DNA from: Dictyostelium discoideum
Lineage: Eukaryota
Direction: 5' to 3'
Length of the DNA stretch: 64,000 nucleotides
Assembly (NCBI GenBank): GCA_000004695.1
Contig: CM000150.2
Span: forward strand, 4,320,001-4,384,000
Shown: one piece after another, positions 57,432 to 64,000 of the stretch
How positions within the stretch are numbered: position 1 is the stretch's first letter
Layout: each line of letters begins with the position of its first letter
Translations under genes and position numbers: made by a program
The notes under the pieces: generated by a model
Database searches by the model: none
Told to the model about the DNA's origin: nothing
The model's input: the letters and a program-made list of their open reading frames with translations, nothing else

Positions 57432-57910
57432 ATGTGTAAACATATTCTTGTAAGTTAAAAACCAAAAATTTAATTATTAAAGAATTATAATTCTAAAGTA
57501 AAATAATTAAATTTATATATAAATATATAAAATAATTAATTTTTCTATTTTTTATATTTATATATATATAGAATACACAAGTATCAATTAGAGCAAAATG
57601 TTGTAATAAATGGTTTGATTGTGCAGATTGTCATAGAGAAGTATCAGATCATGATATTTATAAAAGTGATGAAATGATATTTGCATGTAAAAAATGTAAA
57701 AAAGTATTTAGAAAAACTATATCAACATTTGAAGAAGCAGATGAATATTGCCCACATTGTGATAATCATTATTATTTAGAAGCCGTAAAACCACAACCAA
57801 AAATTTCAATTGAATTAGATGGTGATGAAAGACTTGAAACTTTAATGTTAGATCCAAGACAAAAAAGATTAGATAAATCAATGTATGATGGTCAAGAATA
57901 TGAACAATAA
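57432..57910 (+). CDS. Small CHY/Zn-ribbon-like zinc-finger protein, about 119 aa; exons 57432..57449, 57572..57910
   Basis: Six-codon first exon ATGTGTAAACATATTCTT|GTAAGT. Acceptor tatatatag|AAT, in frame. Product is MCKHILNTQVSIRAKCCNKWFDCADCHREVSDHDIYKSDEMIFACKKCKKVFRKTISTFEEADEYCPHCDNHYY, with regularly spaced Cys/His pairs. Confidence 0.5.
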
Positions 57911-57986
57911 AAGAAAAAAAAAAAAAATTTTAAAAATTTATTATTATTTATTTTATTTTTATTTTTTATTTTTTTTATTTTTTATT

Positions 57987-59075
57987 TTAAAGAACTTCAT
58001 ATAAATGAATTTCTTGATAATCTGGAAAAGTTGGATCATCTTGTGGTACAGGTGAATCTAATTGAATTTTTTTAATCCAACCTTTTAATTTTAAAGGTAT
58101 TTTATTATTTTTAAAAGATTCTTCTAATGAAGGTATAGTTAAGATTTTTAAACCTTTTTTTGATTTTGTTTGATTTTGAATGAATTGCCAAAATTCGATA
58201 TGTTTCTTTTTATCTTGTTGAAAGAATTCTAAAACATTATTCATATAGATGATATCAGATTGTTGAATTAACTGTTGATTATCTATGATATTACCATGAA
58301 CAATTTCAATACGGTCAGTCATTTTATAACGGTTGATCATTGATTTTTGAAGATCAGAAAAGTATTGATTAATTTCACAACCAATTAATTTCTTTGTATC
58401 ACTAAATAGATAACCAGTGTATAACAATGCACCCAATCTCGAGCCGATGTCCAAGATAGTGGACTGTTTTAAATTACAGTTACCACCAAGTACATCACTA
58501 CTAAACATATATTTCAATTGGTTTGGTGTAGTTGAATGAGATATGAAATTAATTGGTTGAATTGATTTCGATGCGCAATCTAAACAATAGTTATTCTTTA
58601 ATTCACCAGATTCTATCAAATCGTCGATATCCTCTTCGGTGTATAGAAATCCATCGACATTGATAGTATTCTCTTTGGTATATCCTTCGAATGATGTATT
58701 CTTTGGTATTGTTATCTTTTCATTTGGTGCTTCAGTTGTTATACTTGGTAATTGATCTTTTAAATCTTGAATTATAGTTTGTAATATACTATCTTGTTTC
58801 GATTCTTTATTAACTGCTTTAATTGGTTCAATATTTACATTCAATTGTTCACATACAAAACTAATAAATTCAATCTTTTCTTCTTCATCTTTAATTAATC
58901 TATAAAGATCTTTAAATCTTTTTTTTAAAATTTCAATTTCAACTTTTTCTTCATTTTTAATTATTGTATCGTAATCATCATCGTCATCATCTTTATCATT
59001 TTTATTTCCTAAATTTTCATTTGATTGAATTGGTATTTCTTCTTCTTTTTTTCTTTTATTACTTTTTTGTGTCAT
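57987..59075 (-). CDS. Putative class I SAM-dependent methyltransferase-like protein, 362 aa, single exon
   Basis: Continuous ORF. Candidate SAM-binding motif ILDIGSRLGALL, followed by an acidic loop and IIYMNNV. Acidic N-terminus. Function is not established from sequence alone. Confidence 0.45.
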   Translation of the reverse strand: MTQKSNKRKKEEEIPIQSNENLGNKNDKDDDDDDYDTIIKNEEKVEIEILKKRFKDLYRLIKDEEEKIEFISFVCEQLNVNIEPIKAVNKESKQDSILQTIIQDLKDQLPSITTEAPNEKITIPKNTSFEGYTKENTINVDGFLYTEEDIDDLIESGELKNNYCLDCASKSIQPINFISHSTTPNQLKYMFSSDVLGGNCNLKQSTILDIGSRLGALLYTGYLFSDTKKLIGCEINQYFSDLQKSMINRYKMTDRIEIVHGNIIDNQQLIQQSDIIYMNNVLEFFQQDKKKHIEFWQFIQNQTKSKKGLKILTIPSLEESFKNNKIPLKLKGWIKKIQLDSPVPQDDPTFPDYQEIHLYEVL

Positions 59076-59265
59076 ATTTTATTTAATATGTGTATGTGTG
59101 TGTGTTTATAATATTTATTAAAAAAAAAAAAAGGAAATAAGAATTTTTTTTTTTTTTTTTTTACCGAAAAACGATGGATATTTTTTTTATATAAAAAAAA
59201 AAAAAAAAAAAAAATAATTTTAATTTTATTTTTATTTTTATTATAATTTTAATTTTTTTTTTAAT

Positions 59266-60433
<1,168 letters not shown>

Positions 60434-60507
60434 TGTATTTTTATCTTCAATGTTTATTAAAACTTAAAAAAAAAGAAAAAAAAAAAGAAAAAAAAACCCT
60501 TCTGAAA

Positions 60508-60552
<45 letters not shown>

Positions 60553-60633
60553 TTTTTTTTATTTTTTTTTTTTATTTTTATAAATTTTTTTGACTAAAAA
60601 CGATTACAAACTGATAGAACTAAAGTTTATTTA

Positions 60634-60664
<31 letters not shown>

Positions 60665-61023
60665 TTTTGACATTTATTAATCATTCTATTCTATTCTTTT
60701 TTTTTTTTTTTTTTTTTTTTATTTAAACAAAAATTTTATTTTTAGAATTAAATTCTAAGAATTTAAAAAAATTTGTAATTGTTTTTTTTTTTTTATTTCA
60801 AAGAACAAATAGGGAATAAATTTTTATTTTTATTTTTATTTTTATTTTTTATTTTTAATTTTTTAATTTTTAAATCAAAGAAATAATTGAATTAAAATTG
60901 GATTATTTTTTTATTTAATATATTTGTTGTTGGGAGATTACCAAAAAATCATTAAATTCAACCCCCACCCACATGTTTTTTTCGATTTATATAACAAATA
61001 TTACTATTTTTTTTTTTTTTTAC

Positions 61024-61058
<35 letters not shown>

Positions 61059-61271
61059 GGGTTGAATTTTCCTGTTTAGTTGTTTTTTTAAAAAAATGAA
61101 ATCTTTTTTTTTTTTTAAAATATCTTGAAAAATATTATAATCGAATACAAAAATAAAAATATAAAAATAAAAATATAAAAATAAAAATATTAAAATAAAA
61201 ATATAAAAATAAAAATATAAAAATAAAAATAAAAAAAAAAATAAAAAAAATATAAAAAGAAATTAATTAAA

Positions 61272-61856
61272 ATGATGATGAAATATTTTCATGGTGGTAT
61301 AGATGAAATTGTATTATTTAAAACATGGATAACATATGATTTAGGTTCATTTATTGGAACTTGGTTTGCAATTTTTGCATTTTCATTTTTTTATGAATTT
61401 TTCAAGACTTTTAGAAGTATTATAGAAATTAATTGGAGAAGAAATAATAATAATAATGATAATAATAATAATAATAATAATATTAAACAAGATGAAGAAA
61501 TAAATATGAATAAAATTTCATTTTCATTTTTAAAAGGATCATATCCTTCATTTACTTATAAAGAAATAATTGTAAGTTTTTTTTTAATTTTTTTTAATTT
61601 TTTTTTTTATTATTATTTTTTTTATTATTATTTTTTTTTTTTCAAACAAAATGATTAAATTAAATTATTAAAAATTATAATTTAGGGAGGCATATTTTAT
61701 GGAATTGAAACTGGAATGAGTTTAATTTTAATGCTAATTGTAATGTTATTTAATACCGCTTTATTCTTTTCAATTTTAATGGGAATTGTTTGTGGAAATA
61801 TTTGTTTCGGAAGATTTAATCAATTTAAACCAAAATCATCATCATCTTGTTGTTAA
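61272..61856 (+). CDS. Ctr-family (SLC31) copper transporter, about 157 aa; exons 61272..61571, 61686..61856
   Basis: MMMKYFHGGIDEIVLFKTWIT (Met-rich N-terminus). TM1 GSFIGTWFAIFAFSFFYEF. After GTAAGT...tttag, TM2-3 with the Ctr GxxxG motif (MLIVMLFNTALFFSILMGIVCG) and a C-terminal Cys-Cys. Confidence 0.75.
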
Positions 61857-62127
61857 AGAATTAAGGAGGAGGGGTTGAGTGTAATTTAATTTGGAAAAAA
61901 AAAAAAAAAAAAAAAAAAAAATAATAAAAAAAAATATAAAATTAAAAATAATTGAAAATTTTTTTTTTTTTTTTTTAAAATTTTTTTTTTTTAATTTTTT
62001 TATTTTTTTTTTTTTAAATTAAAATTTGTCAACTTCATCATTTTTTTTTTATAATTTTTTTTTTTTTTCCACACACTACATAAACATATTTTTTTCATTA
62101 TACATATAAACAAATAAATCAAATACC

Positions 62128-63279
62128 ATGGATGAAAGTATTAAAAAGTTACCAGATTTAGCTATTGCTGATTTAATTTTCACTGTTAAATTAGAAGGTA
62201 AAACTGGTACTGAATCATATAATAAATTAATTAAAGAAATTGAAACACACAGTAAGTAATATTAATAGTAATAATAGTATTAATAATAATAATAATAATA
62301 GATATTTTTAAATTATTATTATTATTGTTATTATTTTTTTTTTTAAAAAAAAAAATAACTTATTTTAATTTTTAATTTTTTTTTTTTTTTTTTAAAAAAA
62401 AAGAAATGTTACCATTATATAAAATACTTGTAGAACAATTAAAATGGACAGAAGATCAAGGATTAGTATCAAAATTAAAAGCTGAAAATGAAAGTGAATT
62501 AAAAGCATTAGATAATAAAATTACTGATAGTGTTGAAAATTTTGGTGAGTCTGAAATTAGAGAAGCATATTTAGCAAAATCTGATTTCTATTGTCGTATC
62601 GGTGATAAAGTAAATATATAAATATATAAATATTTAAATTTTATTTTATAAAATTATTTAATTATTAATTTTTTTTTTTTTTTTTTTTATTCTTATTTTT
62701 TTATTTTATTTTATTTTATTTTTTTTAAAAAAAAAGGATACAGCAGTTGAAATGTATAGACAAACGTTTGAAAAAACAGTACCATTGGGTCAAAAATTAG
62801 ATATTGTTTTTACATTAATTAGAATGGGTATTTTTTGGATGGATCATGATATTGTAACAAGAAATTTAGAGAAAGCTCAATCATTAGTTGAAGAAGGTGG
62901 TGATTGGGATAGAAAGAATCGTTTGAAAACATATGAAGCAGTTTATAAAATGTCCATTAGACAATTTAAAGAAGCCTCCGATCTCTACTTGGAAACTGTT
63001 GCAAGTTTCACTTCAACTGAATTTATCGATTATAGTAGATTCATTCAATATTTAATTTTCACTTCATTACTTCATTTGGATAGAGTTTCCTTAAAACAAA
63101 AAGTTATCGATTCACCAGATGTACTCTCTGTTATTAATGACACTCCAAAACTTCAAGATTTATTACAATCTTTCTATAATGGTGATTATGCTAATTTCTT
63201 TGGTGCTTTAGGTAATTATTTATTTATTTATTAAAAAATTGATTTTTAATTTATACTAATTTTTTTATTATTTTTTATT

Positions 63280-63311
<32 letters not shown>

Positions 63312-63766
63312 TTCAATTAGCTCATTTCTCTGATTCAATTAAAGGCGATAGATATTTAGCTGAACATTCACGTTTCTTTACTAGAGAAATGAGAATTTTG
63401 GCTTATAATCAATTTTTAGAATCTTATTCATCTGTAAAATTAGAATCAATGTCAAATCAATTTGGTGTATCTTATGATTTTATTGATAGGTTTGTTGTTT
63501 ATTATTATTATTATTAATATTTTATTTATATTTTTTTTTAATATTAATAAATTTTCTTTTTTTTTTTTTTTTTTTTTTTTTTAATCTTCAGAGAATTATC
63601 ACGTTTTGTAGCAGCAGGTCGTTTAAATTGTAAAATTGATAAAGTTTCAGGTGTCATTGAAACTACCAGAAGTGATGCAAAGAATCATTTATACAAAACT
63701 ACACTTCAACAAGGTGATAACTTATTAAATAGAGTTCAAAAATTATCTCGTGTAATAAATGTTTAA
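62128..63766 (+). CDS. psmD6: 26S proteasome non-ATPase regulatory subunit 6 (RPN7/PSMD6), PCI domain; exons 62128..62251, 62404..62609, 62737..63211, 63321..63489, 63592..63766
   Basis: Spliced product is colinear with human PSMD6: ...[42 protein letters not shown] | [67 protein letters not shown]... | [35 protein letters not shown]... | [24 protein letters not shown]...[14 protein letters not shown]. Donors GTAAGT, GTAAAT, GTAATT, GTTTGT. All exon phases are consistent. Confidence 0.9.
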
Positions 63767-64000
63767 ATTCATAATAACTTTTCCAACAATATTTTGTGGA
63801 AAAAAAAAAAATTACAAAAAAAAAAAAAAAAGTTAAATAAATAAAAAAAAAGATAAAAATAAAAAAAATTATTGATTGTAAATATCAAAAAAAAAAAAAA
63901 AAAGTATTTATCAGTGATTGGAAAAAAAAAAAAAGAAAGAATATTATATTTAATAAAAGAAAAAAAAATTATTTTTTAAAAATAGAAAATGAAAAAAAAA

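Overview
This window looks like Dictyostelium-type eukaryotic nuclear DNA, not a prokaryotic locus. Overall AT content is about 75-80 %. Intergenic regions are poly(A)/poly(T) tracts. AAT/ATT/TTA microsatellites are common. Coding sequence carries poly-Asn, poly-Gln, poly-Ser and poly-Thr runs. Introns are short and AT-rich, with GTAAGT/GTATGT/GTAAAT donors and (T)nAG acceptors. Most entries in the supplied ORF track are single exons of spliced genes. Several reported 'M' starts are alternative start codons (TTG etc.), so I re-derived gene models by reading across splice sites.

I can support about 26 protein-coding genes, which I identified by recalled similarity to known families rather than by any database search:
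- Recognisable housekeeping genes: Vps26 (truncated at the window start), mitochondrial AspRS, an RBM28/Nop4-like RRM protein, a RABL6-like GTPase, allantoinase, a Sec23-like COPII subunit, a Kelch protein, a BET bromodomain protein, APRT, an LRR-PP2C (PHLPP-like) phosphatase, a DPH7-like WD40 protein, GDP-L-fucose synthase, a Ctr copper transporter and proteasome subunit RPN7/PSMD6.
- Less certain calls: three small P-loop kinases (a generic nucleotide kinase, a deoxynucleoside-kinase-like protein and a NadR/AAA_28-like protein), a 7TM receptor-like protein, an FG-GAP beta-propeller plus EGF-repeat type I membrane protein, a CHY zinc-finger protein and a methyltransferase-like protein.
- One tRNA-Val(AAC) gene with a downstream extra B box.

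The less ordinary content:
- A tandemly duplicated pair of about 90-aa Cys-rich genes with conserved flanks, plus a third partial flank copy further downstream.
- A 20-bp perfect palindromic hairpin element downstream of the first copy.
- A roughly 0.9-kb ORF-free block of raised GC between two convergent genes.
- A GC-shifted segment inside the Kelch gene.

There is no CRISPR array and no prokaryotic operon. All exon coordinates come from manual reading of splice signals and should be checked against cDNA.
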